64,000 nt of DNA. It comes from the human T2T-CHM13v2.0 reference genome, Homo sapiens. Positions 42,332 through 58,060 of this stretch are shown here, one piece after another (position 1 is the stretch's first letter; each line of letters begins with the position of its first letter). Under the pieces are notes generated by a model. It was not told where the DNA came from, ran no database searches, and saw nothing but the letters and a program-made list of their open reading frames with translations. The DNA is taken from the NCBI RefSeq assembly GCF_009914755.1, contig NC_060928.1. One strand, 5' to 3'. A program made the position numbers and the translations under genes.

Positions 42332-42965
42332 CAAAACAGACACCACTCTGGTTCTTAACAGAGAAAAGGGATGAATTTTAGGTATCTAAGATACCTAAAT
42401 GATTCTCCAAGATGATTGGAGAGTCTGAATTGGAAACTAACATAGTATGACCATTAAATCTGGACAGGCAAGCTTTGTAGCTTGAAATACAAAGTGAGAA
42501 ATCGCCTAAATGTAGGGATAATTTTCAAACACATTGGACAGCCAAAAATATCTAGTATCCACTACATCCTTCCAGCCCTGTCCCTCGTCTTTATTATTCT
42601 CAAATGTCACTATTATTAGTTATGTAATACATTCATGCACCATATAACATTGACATACCACGTATATGAGATGGTCCAATAAGATTATAATGGAGTTGAG
42701 AAATCCCTATTGCCTAGTGATGTCCTAGCTATCCTAATATTTTAGCACAATGCAGTCATCACTCATGTATTTGTGGTGATGCTTGTGTAAACAAGCCATT
42801 TGCATAAAAAGTATAGCACACACATTATGTACAGTACATAATACTTGATAATGATACTGGTTTATGTATTTACTATACTATACTTTTTATTGTTATTTTA
42901 AAGTGCACTCTCCTGAGTATTAAACAACTGAACTGTAAAATAGTCTCGGGCAGATCCTTCAGGAG

Positions 42966-43667
<702 letters not shown>

Positions 43668-44546
43668 AGGAGGTATTCCTTAAGAAGGCGTTAGTATCCT
43701 AGGAGATGACAGCTCCATGCTTCTTGTTGCCCCTGAAGACCTTCCAGTGGGACAAGATGTGGAGGTAAAGACAGTGATATTGATGGTCCTGACCCTGTGT
43801 AGGCATAGGCTAATTTGTGTGTTTGTGTCTTTGTTTTTAACAAAGACGTTTAAAAAGTGAAAAATTAAAACAAAAAATTTAAAAATAGAAAAAGCTTATA
43901 GAATAAGAATATAAAGAATAAAGAAAGAAAATATTTTGTATAGTGGTACAATGTGTTTGTTTTAAGCTTTGTTATTACAGGAGTCAAAAAGGTAAAACAT
44001 TAAAAAGTTTATAAAGTAAAAAAGTTACAGTAAGATAAGTTTACTTTTTTATTAAAGAAATAAATTTTTGTTTTATAAATTAACTATAGCCTAAGTGTAC
44101 AGTGTTTATAAATTCTACAGTAGTGTACAGTAATGTCCTAGGTTTTCACAGTCACTCACCACTTTCACTGACTCACCCAGAGCAACTTTCAGTCCCACAA
44201 GCTTCATTCATGGCAAGTGCCCTATACAGCTATACTATTTTTGTCTTTTATACTATATTTTTATTGTACCTTTTCTATGGTTAGTCATGTTTAGGCTATG
44301 CAAATACTTACCATTTTGTTCCAGTTGCTGATAGTATTCATTATAGTAACAGGCTGTACAGGTTTGTAGCCTAGGAGCAATAGGCTATACCACACAGCCT
44401 AGGTGTGTAGTAGGCTGTACCAACTCAGTCCGTGTGAGTACAGCCTATGATAGTCACACTATGAGGAAAATGGCTAATGATGCCGTACTCAGAATGTATC
44501 CCCATCATTAAACAGTGTTTGACTGTACATCTAGATAAACTACGCT

Positions 44547-44911
<365 letters not shown>

Positions 44912-45965
44912 TTACATTTTTTTATTGAAGAATGATAAACATATATAAAAGTAGACAAAATATAAATGTACAATCCAAAGAACTATCAAAGCTAACACCA
45001 ACATAATCACATCCCAGGTCAAGAAATAGAACATGGCCACATCCCCAAACTACTGCCCTGGCGCCTCTTGCAATAAGTCACTTCTCTCTCCTCGTTCCTG
45101 AGTTTTAATACCATAGATCATTTTTTTGTGTGTGCCTACTTCTGAAGTTTATATAACTGGAATTATATTCTTTTGCGTCTGGCTATTTTGGTTCAAAATT
45201 CTGTTGGTGAGATTATGTTTGTGAGTATAGCTGTCTGTAGTGCATTTTATTGCTCTATGGTATTTCATTAACGTCAGTGTCCCCCTGGTAATTTGCTCAC
45301 TTCAATGTGGATGATTTCTGTTTTCAGTTTGAGGCTATAATACATTAAGCTGCTATGAATATTTTGAAAGTGTCTTTAGGTGCATACGTCCATGCAGTGC
45401 TGTTCAGTAGATGCTAGGAGTGGAATAGCTGGGTTATACATCAACTTTAGTAAGTACTGTTTTTGCAAAGTGATTGTACCAATTTGCATACCCATGAGCC
45501 CTGGATGAGAGTTCCTATTATTACTTAACATGCTCAACCAAAACGTAGTTGTAAGTCTTTCATAATTTTAGCCCTTATAATGCATGGTTAATAGTGTCTC
45601 ATTGAGATTTTATTTCAAATTTGCCAGATTAATCATGAGGGTGAGTACCTTCCACATTAGTAGTTATTTGTATCCCTTTCTGTGAAAGGATATTCTTTTT
45701 GCCCATTTTATGATTAAGTTATGTGTCATTTCTTATTGATTTGAAGGGATTATTTATTCTAGATACAAATAATTTGCTGTTTATATGTGTTGCAAGTGTC
45801 TTTTCTTGTTACATGGTTTCATTTATATTCTCAGTGATGTCTTCTGATAAGTAGAATTTTAAAATGTTACTGTATTTGAATTATTAATCTTTTATGGGTA
45901 TATCTATGTATTTATACACACATTCATTTAGGATTTAAGATTTGTAAACTTCTTTTCTTTCTGCC

Positions 45966-46269
45966 TTTGTTTTAGAAACAGGGTCTTGCTCTGTTGCCCT
46001 GGCTGGAGTGCAATGGTATGATCATAGCTCACAGTAGCCTTGAACTCCTGGGCCCAAGCCATCCTCCTACCTCAGCAACCAGAGTAGCTGGGATTACAGG
46101 CGAATGCCACCACACCTGGGTAATTTCTTTTTCTTTTTCTTCTTGTTTTTATTAGAGATAGGATCATGCTATGTTGCCCAAGCTGGTCTTGAACTTCTGG
46201 CCTCCAGCAATCCTCCTGCCTGAGCCTCCCAAGTAGCTGGGATTACAGGCATGAGCCACCAGTCCTGGC
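45966..46269 (-). mobile_element. AluJ
   Basis: gatcatagctcacagtagccttgaactcctggg AluJ-type sequence. Confidence 0.92.
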
Positions 46270-47077
46270 AGATTTGTTAATTTCTTTGAATTATTATATA
46301 TTTTTAAGTTTACTTCCATGTATTTGACTTTTTGTGTGCTTATAACTGGTATCTTTTTAAAATTTCATTTTGTAATTGTTGTTGCTGGTGTATAGAAATA
46401 AAAACAATTTTCATATATTGACCTTGTCACCAGCAAATTTTCTATATTTACTTATTAGTTGTAATGTGTTATCTGTAGATTCTGTTAGATTATTTGCATT
46501 CATTAGCATTGATTATGTAATGGTATACATTGGAGCTCATTTCATCTTAGTAAACACAAAGTTGGATAATTCTTTTTAATGGCTAGTGAGTATTTATATA
46601 CTACAGGTCAGTGGCATGGTTAGTATGGAGACTGTAGGGTCAGACTTCTGGGTTTGACTTATGGTTCCACCAGTTATTATCTGAGTGACCCTATTAATGT
46701 CACCCACGTCCCTATGCTTCACTTTCCTTCAAGGAAGACTCATGCATATGTGTTGCTCTTACCAACACTGTTTCAGTGAATGCTCTTGAGTATGTTCCTT
46801 GTTTATATGTTGTGTATAAATGGGTGTGAAGTTCTATATTCAGATATTTCTCTGAAATGGTTGTACTAATTTACACTCGTATCAGCTGTTTGTAAGAGTT
46901 CATATTGCCTCACATTTTTGTCAGCACTTGGTAATGTCAACCTATGAAGGGTTTTGAATCAAAAAGATTTTGAAAATCTTGTCAAACTTAAACATTGGCA
47001 AATTAAAAAAATAATAAAACAATGTTTCACTTTTACGAGACTGACGCATTGCTGGCTGTGCTAAGAGGTCTACATAG

Positions 47078-47492
<415 letters not shown>

Positions 47493-47600
47493 ATTTTTTC
47501 TTATCAATTCAAAGGAATTCCTTCAACGTATTGATTACTTATTCTTTTTTGGTTACATAGATTGTAAATGTCTTTTTCAGTTTGTCATTTCTTCTTCTTC

Positions 47601-47880
47601 TTTTTTTTTGATGGGGTCTCACTCTGTCACCCAGGCTGGAGTGCAGTGGCGTTATCTTGGCTCACTGCAGCCTCCACCTTTCAGGCTTAGGTGCTGATCC
47701 TCCCACCTCAGCCTCCTGAGTAGCTGGGACCACCAAAAATACAATTTTTTTTGTATTTTTTGTAGAGACGGGGTTTCACCATGTTGCCCAGGCTGGTCTT
47801 GAACCCCTGGACTCAAGTGATCCACCCATCTCAGCCACCCAAAGTGCCGGGATTACAGGTATGAGCCACTGCATCTGGCC
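47601..47880 (-). mobile_element. AluJ with internal deletion
   Basis: Antisense Alu; segment missing after gggaccacc. Confidence 0.9.
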
Positions 47881-48417
47881 CAGCTTATCATTTCTTTCCT
47901 ACTTTGTGTATGCTGAACTTTGTTGTACAGAAATTGCTTAATATTGTGTATTATGTTTCGTTCATTTTCCTCTTGTATAAAAAATCCCTTCTCATCTTAA
48001 AATCAAAAGATAATCTTGCATACTCTATTCTCAAAACTTTTACAGAAATGCTTTTCACATATGTATCTTTAATGTACCTGGAGTTTGCTTTTGTGTATGG
48101 TTTGAAGTACGGACTTAATTTCATTCTGTTTATTTTCCATATGAATAACCAATTGTCCCAGAACAATGTATTGAAAAAGTCTTCATTTTCCCACTGATTT
48201 GCAAGCACTCTATCTTAGATCAGGTTTCCACAAATGCATGGCTACACTTCGGAGCACTTTCCGTTCCTTCTTATTTATCCTTGCACAAATTCCACATTAT
48301 TACTAGTAGGATTTTGTAATACAGTTCTTAGGTATCAACCCCCCTCTCTCTCCACTATTATTCTTCTTTAGGAATATCTTGGCTCTTTTTGGACCTTGAA
48401 GTTTTCATTACTATAAT

Positions 48418-48962
48418 TGTATTAGTCAGGGTTCTCTAGAGGGACAGAACTAACAGGCTAGATGTATATATGAGGGGGAGTTTATTAAGGAGTATTGACT
48501 CACACGATCACAAGGTGAAGTCCCACAATAGGCCGTCTGCAAGCTGAGGAGGAAGGAAGCCAGTCCGAGTCCCCAAACCTCAAAAGTAGAGAAGCCAACA
48601 GTGCAGCCTTCAGTCTGTGGCCAAAGGCCTGAGAGCCCCTGGCAAATCACTGGTGTAGGTCCAAGAGTGCAAAAGCTGAAGAACTTGGAGTCTGATGTTC
48701 AAGGGCCAGGAGCATTCAGCGCTGGAGAAAGATGAAGTCTGGAAAACTCAGCAAGTCTGCTCTTTCAACGTCTGCCTGCTTTATTCTAGCCATGCTGGCA
48801 GCTGATTAGATGACGCCCTCCAAGATTGAGGGTGGGTCTGTCCCTCACAGCCCACTGAATCAAATGTCAATCTCCTTTGGCAACACCCTCCCAGACACAC
48901 CCAGGAGCAATACTTTGCATCCTTCAATCCAATCAAGTTGACACTCAGTATTAACCATCACA
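48418..48962 (-). mobile_element. MLT2A (MLT2A2-length) HERV-L solo LTR
   Basis: tgtattagtcagggttctctagagggacagaac ... gttgacactcagtattaaccatcaca; 545 bp. Confidence 0.92.
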
Positions 48963-48983
48963 ATTACATTTTAGAATTTTAAT

Positions 48984-50247
48984 AGGATTGTGCTAGTGGG
49001 TTGTCTCTGATTAGCTGTCTCTCAGAACAATTGTCCTTCCCCACCTGGGACCCCGTCCTCCTTGCTGCTTTAAAATGCAACCCTGGGGCGAGTCTAAGGG
49101 AATAGAGGGGCTTTGCCCCATGGTGGGAATGGGAAAGAACGTCTGCTGGGGACATGTACTGCAATTTGTCTCAGGCAATCTGGCCAAGGGAAAAGGGATC
49201 CACTCACATCCACTGACAGACTCCAAGATGCACTTTCCAAAGGGGCATCCCCCCTATTAGAAAGGATCTCTCGGTGTTAGAACCTTACACTGAATGAACA
49301 GTGGGTGAGCAACCCCAGGTCAGTTCAGGTATGAATTATGTTGAGTGACCAATCCAGGTACGAGGATAAAAGGTTGCGGGAAGACTCACTGTCCTGGTGC
49401 AGTTTGAGATCACCTGACTTAAGACATCCAGAGCATGGTGGCTGGCTGTCTTCATAGGAGAATTTAGAGTGAGAAAGATGGGGTCTGAGTTCCCCAGAAC
49501 ATGTGTGGATTTGTCCTGTTTGAGCTTCTGCCTCCAGATGCATCACATGTAGGGACTGGGGACTTTTGACCAGAATAAGGAGGAGAGAACCTTCCTCCTT
49601 TCCGGGGAAGGCAGCCAAACCTGTTCATCCCCTGGCCATCAGGCTACACCAGGGAGTGGCCCTGGCCCATTGCCTTCAGTTGCCAGAGGGATACTAGAGA
49701 TTGTCCACTGGACAACTGAAAGGAAAACTCTAAACTCTCACCCAATCAGGTGGTGGCAGTCAGCTGTCTTTCCACTAGGACATTCTGGCCCGCTGGGGAG
49801 TAGCCCCTGTCCGGGACCATCAGTTGTCTCCAGACTTGGACGCTGTCCGCTGAGAGGTTGCAGTTGGAAAAGAGGAAATGGGAAGAGTACGGGAGAGAGT
49901 ACGTGGCTGGCTGGGGCCGGCGTTGCAGGGGGTAAAAGAATTTACTGACACAGTTGTGGGTAAAGAAAGGTAGATTTATTAGAGAAAGTACAAAGATACA
50001 TCCAAGGGTGCAACAGGCAGCACAGCAGCGAAGGGGCTGTCTGCTAAAAGCGGCAGGGGCTGGAGGGTGGTGCTGAGGAGCTGTGTGTAGAACGAGGTTG
50101 TGCTGCTGGGCCTATGTGTGGAGCAAGGTATTTGGGAACAGGATTGTTGTACGAGTGGGTGGTTGTGATTAGCTGTCTCTTAGAGCAATTGTTCTTTCCA
50201 ACCTCGGGCACGTCCTCCTTGGTTACTTATTTTATCAGGACTCCACG
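48984..50247 (-). mobile_element. Deleted ERV1 provirus (MER83-like LTR, leader, second LTR fragment)
   Basis: LTR ~50247-49900 (gtggagtcctgataaaataag..., aataaatctaccttt), internal-like sequence, and a diverged repeat of the LTR 5' part at 48984-49064. Confidence 0.7.
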
Positions 50248-50550
50248 ATTACCACAAATGGTCCCTCAAGCTACTTTGTAGTGATCTCCTCAACACTCTG
50301 CCCTGGGAACCACCCCATTTCAATCACCATGATTTAGTTTTGTCTGTTCTAGGACTTCACGTAATGGAGTATGGTATGGTTTCGTTTGCATCTGGCTTCT
50401 TTTTTAACTTTTAAGTTCAGGGGTACATGTGCAGGTTTGTTACATAGGTAAATGTGTGTCATGGGATTTGTTATTCAGATTATTTTATCCTATTAAGACT
50501 AGTATCCACTAGTTATTTTTCCTGATTGTCTCCCTCTTCCCACTTTCCAC

Positions 50551-50553
<3 letters not shown>

Positions 50554-50593
<40 letters not shown>

Positions 50594-50886
50594 GACACAG
50601 AGTCTTGCTCTGTTGCCCAAGCTGGGGTGCAGTGGCTCAATCTTCGCTCACTGCAACCTCCACCTTCCGGTGGAGGTTGAGGCACAAGCGATTCTTGTGC
50701 CTCAGCCTCCTGAGTACCTGGGATTACAGACACATGCCACCATGCCTGGCTAATTTTTGTATTTTTAGTAGAGAGGGGGTTTCACCACGTTGGCCAGGCT
50801 GGTCTTGAACTCCTGATCTCAGGTGGCCCACCCACCTCGGCCTCCCAAAGTGTTGGGATTACAGGCGTGAGCCACTGCCCCTGGCC
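50554..50886 (-). mobile_element. AluS with a (GA)n microsatellite tail
   Basis: (CT)n on the + strand lies inside TSD tccaccct. Confidence 0.93.
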
Positions 50887-51071
50887 TCCACCCTCCCCTT
50901 TAGCTCAGCATACTAGTTTTGTTCATTCATGTTCTATGCATCAGTAGTTTGTTACTTTTATTCCCAAGTAGCATTCTACTGTATGCGCATACGCAACTTT
51001 TATCCATTCTTCAGTTTATGGTCACTTGGGATGTTTTTAGTTCTGGGCTGTTACGAGTAAAACTGCTATGA

Positions 51072-51394
<323 letters not shown>

Positions 51395-52686
51395 TACATG
51401 TCTTTTTTTTGTATACAAATGTTTTCACTTCTCTTGGGTAACACCAAGAAATGGAATAGCAAGATCTTATCCAAGTGTATGTTTAAATTTACAAGAAATT
51501 GCCAAAGTGTTTCTCCAACAGTTATAGCCTTTAACATACCCACACACAAAATATAAGAATTCCAGTTTCCTCACATCTTTTTATTTTTAGCCATTCAAGT
51601 GGGTGTGTAGTGGTACTCAAATATGGTTTTAATTGCATTCATTGAATAAAGAAAGATGTGTGTGTTTTCATGTGCTGATTTGTTATTCATATAGCTTCTT
51701 TGGTGAAGTGTTTGTATAAATCCTTTGCCCGTTTTTAATTGGATTGCTTGTCTTCCTATTATTGCGTTGTAAGAATTCTTATATGCTTGGTTCAAGACCT
51801 TGCTTAAATACATAAATATCTTTTCCAATATGCGTCTTGTTTTTCACTTACTAAAGGGCATATTTTGAAAAGTAGAAGTTTAAAAGTTAATGAAGTGAAA
51901 TTTATTACTATTTTCCTTTTCTGGTTGGTGCTCTTTGTATTTTTTAGAAGACATGATTGCCTGACCCAAAGTTGCAATGAGTTTTTCACTTTTTAAAAGA
52001 CATTTTATAGCTTTGGCTTTTATATTTGTCTCTGATTCATTTAAAATTAATTCTTAGGTGTGGTGAGATTCAATTAAGGTTTAACTAAAAAATATTCTTC
52101 AGTTGTTCCAGCAGCAGTCGCTGAAAAAGCTACCCTTTTCCTATTAAATTCTCTTAGCAGCATTGTTGAGAGTCAATGATGCTTTATGTGAGGGTCCCTC
52201 ACATAAACGATGCTTTATTTGAATGCCCTGTCCTGCTCCATTGACCTATATTGTCTATCCTTATGCTAGTACTGTATTATCTTGATAGTGGTAATTTGTT
52301 TTTTTCTCTTTTTTTTCTTGGTTGTCCTGGCTAAGGCTTATCAGGTTTGCTGATCTTTCTAAATAGTAAACCTTTAATTGTTTCATTGATTTTTTTCTAT
52401 TGTTTGCCCATTTTCTATTTCATTGATTTCTGCTCTTACTGCTTCCTTCCTCTACCTATTTTAGAATTAATTTGTTCTTTCATTTCTAGATATTTGTGTG
52501 TGTGTGTCTTTTGACTTTGGTCTTTCTTGTTTTCTAAAATAAAGCACTTAAGACTGTAAATTTCCCTTTAAGTCCTGATTTAGCTGCATTTTACAGGTTT
52601 GGCAGTGTGTTTTTATATTTCAAAATATTTTCTAATGTTCCTTCTTATGATTTGTTCTTTGGCCCATAATTATTTAAAGGTATGCT

Positions 52687-52807
52687 GCTTAACTTCCAAA
52701 TGTTTTCTATATATTTTTGAAAAGAAATTGTCTAATTGTTTGCTTTAGCTTAACTTCCAAATGTTTCTATATATTTTTGAAAAGAAATTGTCTAATTGTT
52801 TGCTTTA
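52687..52807. repeat. 61/60-bp tandem duplication
   Basis: gcttaacttccaaatgttt(t)ctatatatttttgaaaagaaattgtctaattgtttgcttta x2; copies differ by one T. Confidence 0.97.
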
Positions 52808-53733
52808 TATATATTTGTGTATATATAATTATCTCATCAGTTATTTATGTTCAAATATTTCATAATTTTTAAAAGAATTATAGAAAGAAATATCATGAAA
52901 TATCCTTTCAACTACGATGTTGAATTTTCTGTTCACCTTGTAATTCTTTCATATTTTTCTCATGTATTTTGAGGTTATAGTATCTACCTGCTGATTGAGA
53001 AAAAAAAGTTATCATTGCATAATAACTATATTTCTTCCTCTTAATTATTGTGTACTACAATGTATTAGGTCTGATTAATATCTCCATACCAGATTTCATT
53101 TAGTTAATATTTACCTGGCATATATTGTTTCACATTACTAGTCTAAAAAAACGCACTCAATCTCTGCTTTTAAATTTAGTCCAATTTATGTATTTATATT
53201 CATTGTAAATGCTAGTATGTTTGCATTTATTTTTAATATTTAATTTTGATTTGCATCCACCCAACTGTTTTCTCTGTTTCTTTTTTTTTTCATTTTCTTC
53301 CCTATTTAGTATTGGAATACACAATACCAAAGAAAGCTTACTTCTTTAGAAATTGTATTTTCTGTTTTTCTGTTAGAGGTTAACCATAAAATTGTTGCAT
53401 GTCTATTTGCCTTAAAAATTTCTAACATTAATGTATATGTCTACCCTCCCTATATTAAAAGAGTTTTAACTGCATTACCTCTGAAAACTTCTTTCTTGTC
53501 TCACAGGTAATTGATATAATATAATTGAATTTGTCTTTTTCTATGTTTACAAAAAACCCATTATTAATAATTTTTGTTTATACTGCTGCTGCTGTTATAT
53601 AGTTAATACTTGTTAAAGTCTTATCTACCACTTCAGTAACTTCTTTGCTCACCATTCCTTTCTGTATTTCAGACGTTCTTTATAAGGTTCAAATTCCTTA
53701 TACCTGAAATATATGCTTTATTACAAAGAATTC

Positions 53734-54030
53734 TTTTTTTTTCTTTTTTTTGAGACTGGGTCTTTCTCTGTCACCCAAGCTGGAGTGCAGTGGCAACATC
53801 TTGGCTCACTGCAGCCTCCACCTGGGCTCAAGTAATCCTTCCACCTCAGCCTCCCGAATAGTTGGGACCACAGGCGTGCACCACCATGCCTGGCTAATTT
53901 TTGTATTTTTTGTAGAGAAGGGGTTTTGTCATGTTGCCCAGGCTGATCTCGAACTCCTAAGCTCAGACGATCTGCCCGCCTCAGCCTCCCAAAGTGCTAG
54001 GATTACAAGCGTGAGCCACCACACTGGGCT
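53734..54030 (-). mobile_element. AluJ
   Basis: Antisense Alu; TSD gaattctttt. Confidence 0.93.
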
Positions 54031-55200
54031 GGAATTCTTTTATGGATAAGCACCAGTCTTTTATTTTTATTTTTTCTCTCTTAGTTTGAAAATACAGCCC
54101 TTTTGCTTAGCTGGGTATAGATATCGAACTGAACTTTTCTTTCTCAGTACATTCATTGTCTTTATATTTTGTTTTAGCTCTTTAGTAGTCTGCCCTTAAT
54201 CTAAAAATCAGTCCTTTGAAAGTAGTTTGCCTTACCTATTAAGGTCCTCTGTTTTACTGTTTTTCTTCTTCTGGTTAATGTTTACCTAATTATCTGTGGA
54301 TCTAAAAAATTTTACTTTTTATGGGATATTTTGTACTACTGAATCTAAGAATTATATATTTTTTCTATGTAAGGAAAATTCTCCAAGATAATACTTTTAA
54401 ATATAAGTTTTTCCTCATTCTTTTTCAGTTTAAAAACTTTATATTAGCCATACATTCTATTTCCTATTTTAACTTACATATTGTACTCTCATATATTCCA
54501 TGTCTGTTTATATTTTCTGCAAATTGTAAGTGATTTTTCTCTGATTAATATTCAAATTTACTGATTTTCTTTACAGCTTTATTTAATTGACTAGTTCACT
54601 CAGTTTTTGACTGCAATTACTAAATATCTTTTAATATTCAAATTTCTACTTTATTTACATGTATCTTTATTTTTATAGTCTACTAATCTGGGATTTTTAT
54701 GTGTTTGATTAATTCTTTTATATTTTACTCATTTTGGAGTCACTGTATTATCTCTATATAATCAGATAGTCTATATCTGATAGTTCTACTGTCTGTACTT
54801 GAATATTTCTTTCTACTAGTTTTGGATCAGCTGGTTGAATTCTAGTTTTCCATATTCACACTCATGTTGTGTTGAAGTCTGAAGAGGGAGTTTAAGAGAG
54901 AGCTTTTTTTTTTTGTTTTGGTTTGGTTTTGTTGTGTTTCAGTCTGTGCTTTTTGGTTGCTACAGGTATCTCAGCACCTCAGGCTGCATTTGCTGTTGAT
55001 GTCTTGAGGTAGGAATTCCCAGATCATACTTGAAATTTAAGCTGCAGGCCCATTGTGCTTGTAAGTTTCCAGGAGATTTTTTTGGACCAAAGCCCAGGCT
55101 AAAATAGGCAAACAATGTTTGTGGGCATCCTCTATCAGTGGGAATATTTTTTTCTCTTTCACTCTTTTATTGTGTTTTCATCTAAATGATATGTGTGGTT

Positions 55201-55371
55201 GGCCAGGTGCAGTGGCTCAAGCCTTTAATCCCAGCACTTTGAGAAGCTGAGGCAAGAGGATTGCAAGAGAAGCTGAGGCCAGGAGGTCTAGGCTTCAATG
55301 AGCTGTGATTGCACCACTGCACTCCAGCCTGGGCAACAGAGTGAGGCCCCATTTTTCTCCAAAAAGAAGAA
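55201..55371 (+). mobile_element. Monomeric Alu (FRAM/FAM-like or internally deleted AluJ)
   Basis: ggccaggtgcagtggctca ... gcaccactgcactccagcctgggcaacagagtgag within ~150 bp. Confidence 0.8.
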
Positions 55372-55721
55372 TAGTATATGTGGAATTCTTCACAACAATT
55401 CCCCAAGGCTTTTTTGCCTGTCCCCACGTGTGGTTTTCTTGGTTATTGAGATGAGCAGAATCCCTCAGCCAGTTGCAGCTTCAATTCATGGGCATAACCA
55501 TGTTTGTCCCTCATGATTTTCTTTATACTTTTCTGTTCAGTTATTTATTGATAGATATCCCACACATAAACACATACACTCATCACTATTTGTATACATT
55601 TCTAAAGGTTTTATTCTGGGAGACTTTTCAAGGGCTCACTCAAGGCTTCTTTCTACTGACAGAGGAAGAGAAATGAAGAGTGAAGCTTCTCTGCTTGTTT
55701 GTGGGATTCTAGTGTTCCTCC

Positions 55722-56314
55722 TGATACAGAACAGGGGCTCCTGGCTAAACCCCACCCTCAAGCCTGGAACTTTGGCGCTAGGTGAAAACAGCTGACCCCA
55801 TTTTTCCTCCCAAATGATTACCTTTTTGGCCTGCCCCGTCCTATATCCTGTGCCCTTAAAAACCAGACCAGTTGGCAGAAACAAACAAGAAAAAGAGCAA
55901 TAGAAGCGGCTAATGTAAGAGTTTGGGGATGCAAGCTGCTGAACGGTGGGGATACACACTGCTGAGCATCGGAGGCTATGGATACACTGGGTTATCTTCA
56001 GATGGTGCGGCTTCAGGGAAAGATCACCTTCTGCACCATCTCCTTTCCAATTCCCCATCCTTCTGAGACCCACTTTTAACACCCAGTGAAATCCTCCACA
56101 TATACTAGCCTTCAAATAGTTTGTGTGACCTGATTCTTTCCAGACACCAAACAAGAACTCGGGTGTCAAAAAGTGTAGGTGCAACTGGCTGTCACCCTGA
56201 CCCTTCACTGAGCTGTTAACACTTATTTGTCCATGGACTGGAGGCTGAGTGAAACGAGCCATTCCAGTTCCTGCCCACGAAGGGGGTCAAGGTCAAGGGA
56301 ACAATCCCGTCTCC
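55722..56314 (+). mobile_element. ERV1 solo LTR, LTR27-like
   Basis: tgatacagaa...ggctaaaccccaccctcaagcctggaac start; 4-bp TSD ctcc. Confidence 0.8.
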
Positions 56315-56732
56315 CTCCCAGAATGGATGGATGGGATTTTACCATTTTGTTTGGAGCTGCCATCTCCTAGGCTAGCTGTTTCTTGCAAGGGAATCAAGCT
56401 TGTAATCCTTTTGTGATTCTCCCTCAGGAAGACCCAGTGTGAATAGTGTTACATTTATAATCCATAAAGAGAGAAGTAACAGCTCTGTGGATCAAAAAGC
56501 CTGGGTTCTCTGGGCAATTTGTGAATGTCCTGGTCAAATAAAGTCACTTCAGTAACTTGTGAGAAGGACCAATAGAACAGATAAGACAGCACACCCAGCA
56601 CCTCATCTAACATTTGAGTAAGAGAAAAGGGCTGAACCACAAAATAATTATTTTGCTATACACTTCTTCCTTAGATGTGCGTCTGGTGTCTTGGAGAGAC
56701 TTCTGTTATATTACACAGTATGGTTACTCTGA

Positions 56733-56985
<253 letters not shown>

Positions 56986-57539
56986 AGTTGTTTTTCTCTT
57001 TAAGGTTCCTAGAGTGGTGGTTCTTACAAACCACACTCCCTTTGCACTAAGTCAAAATGTGTATTAGTTGCTGCGTTTAGAAGTTATTAGATATCTTCCT
57101 GCATTCACAGAATCATTTTTAAGTTACAATATTCAGTTAACAATATTATTTTTCCATTTGAAAAGTCTAATAATATTATTCAATGGGGCCCTTCCTGTTA
57201 TAAGAAAATAGCTGTCTTATGTGTAGACTTCAGTAACAAGATGTTCCCACATATAAGGACGATGTGTAAATGTGTGGCTTAGCTTATGTAAGAGGGGAGC
57301 CATCAACGTTTGGTATTCTAGGTTATGTCAATCTAAAGATACTTGGGTGATGGAGAAATAGGAAAAAAAAAAGCTCAATTTATTTTTCCTCTTTATATCA
57401 ATAGCAGCAGGTGCCCTTTTCAATCAACCTAGAAGGCTTTGATTTCATATGGAAATATCCATAAGTGAAGGTGTAAAATGAGTTAGGTACTGGAGTATGA
57501 ACATTTTGTCAAGAAGACAAACTGTGTTAATGCTCATCT

Positions 57540-58060
57540 CTACATTTATTCATTTTAGATAGATTCATTTTATGTGTCAGGCACATAGCCATTCTATTAG
57601 GCACAAAATGTACAAACATGAGTAATCTGGCTCTTTCCTCAAGGAACTCATGGTTTGATAAGAGAATACACACACACACTGTCTATTATCTATCTATCCA
57701 TCTATTTATTACCTATGTATTTATCTATCACTCTCTCACACACACAATAATCAGGAAAAAATTTACAGGTGATTGAGCTTAATGGAGTTTGTCAGTCAGG
57801 CAAGGAAGGAAAAAGCATTCCAGGAAGAGGGAACAATATTAATATAGTGGGAGATGTAGCCAGTGAAAATAAAAGTAATATTCAGAGACACTGAGGTAAT
57901 TTGAAATTTCTGAAGTGTAGAGTGCATAAGGAAGAGTAGTGGAAATTCAAACTAGGGCAAGTAGAGGATTAACCCATAAAGGGCCTTGGATGATATGCTA
58001 TAGAACTGTTGACTTTAATCTTCCAAATAACCGAGCTTCTCAATAATATGAATGAGAGAG
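57540..58060 (-). mobile_element. L2 3' fragment
   Basis: tatgtgtcaggcac...ctcaaggaactcatgg...gcattccaggaagagggaaca. Confidence 0.7.

Noticed and set aside
55636-56262. Longest ORF (208 aa, minus strand)
   Set aside because: Lies antisense over an LTR27-like LTR and has no protein-family features
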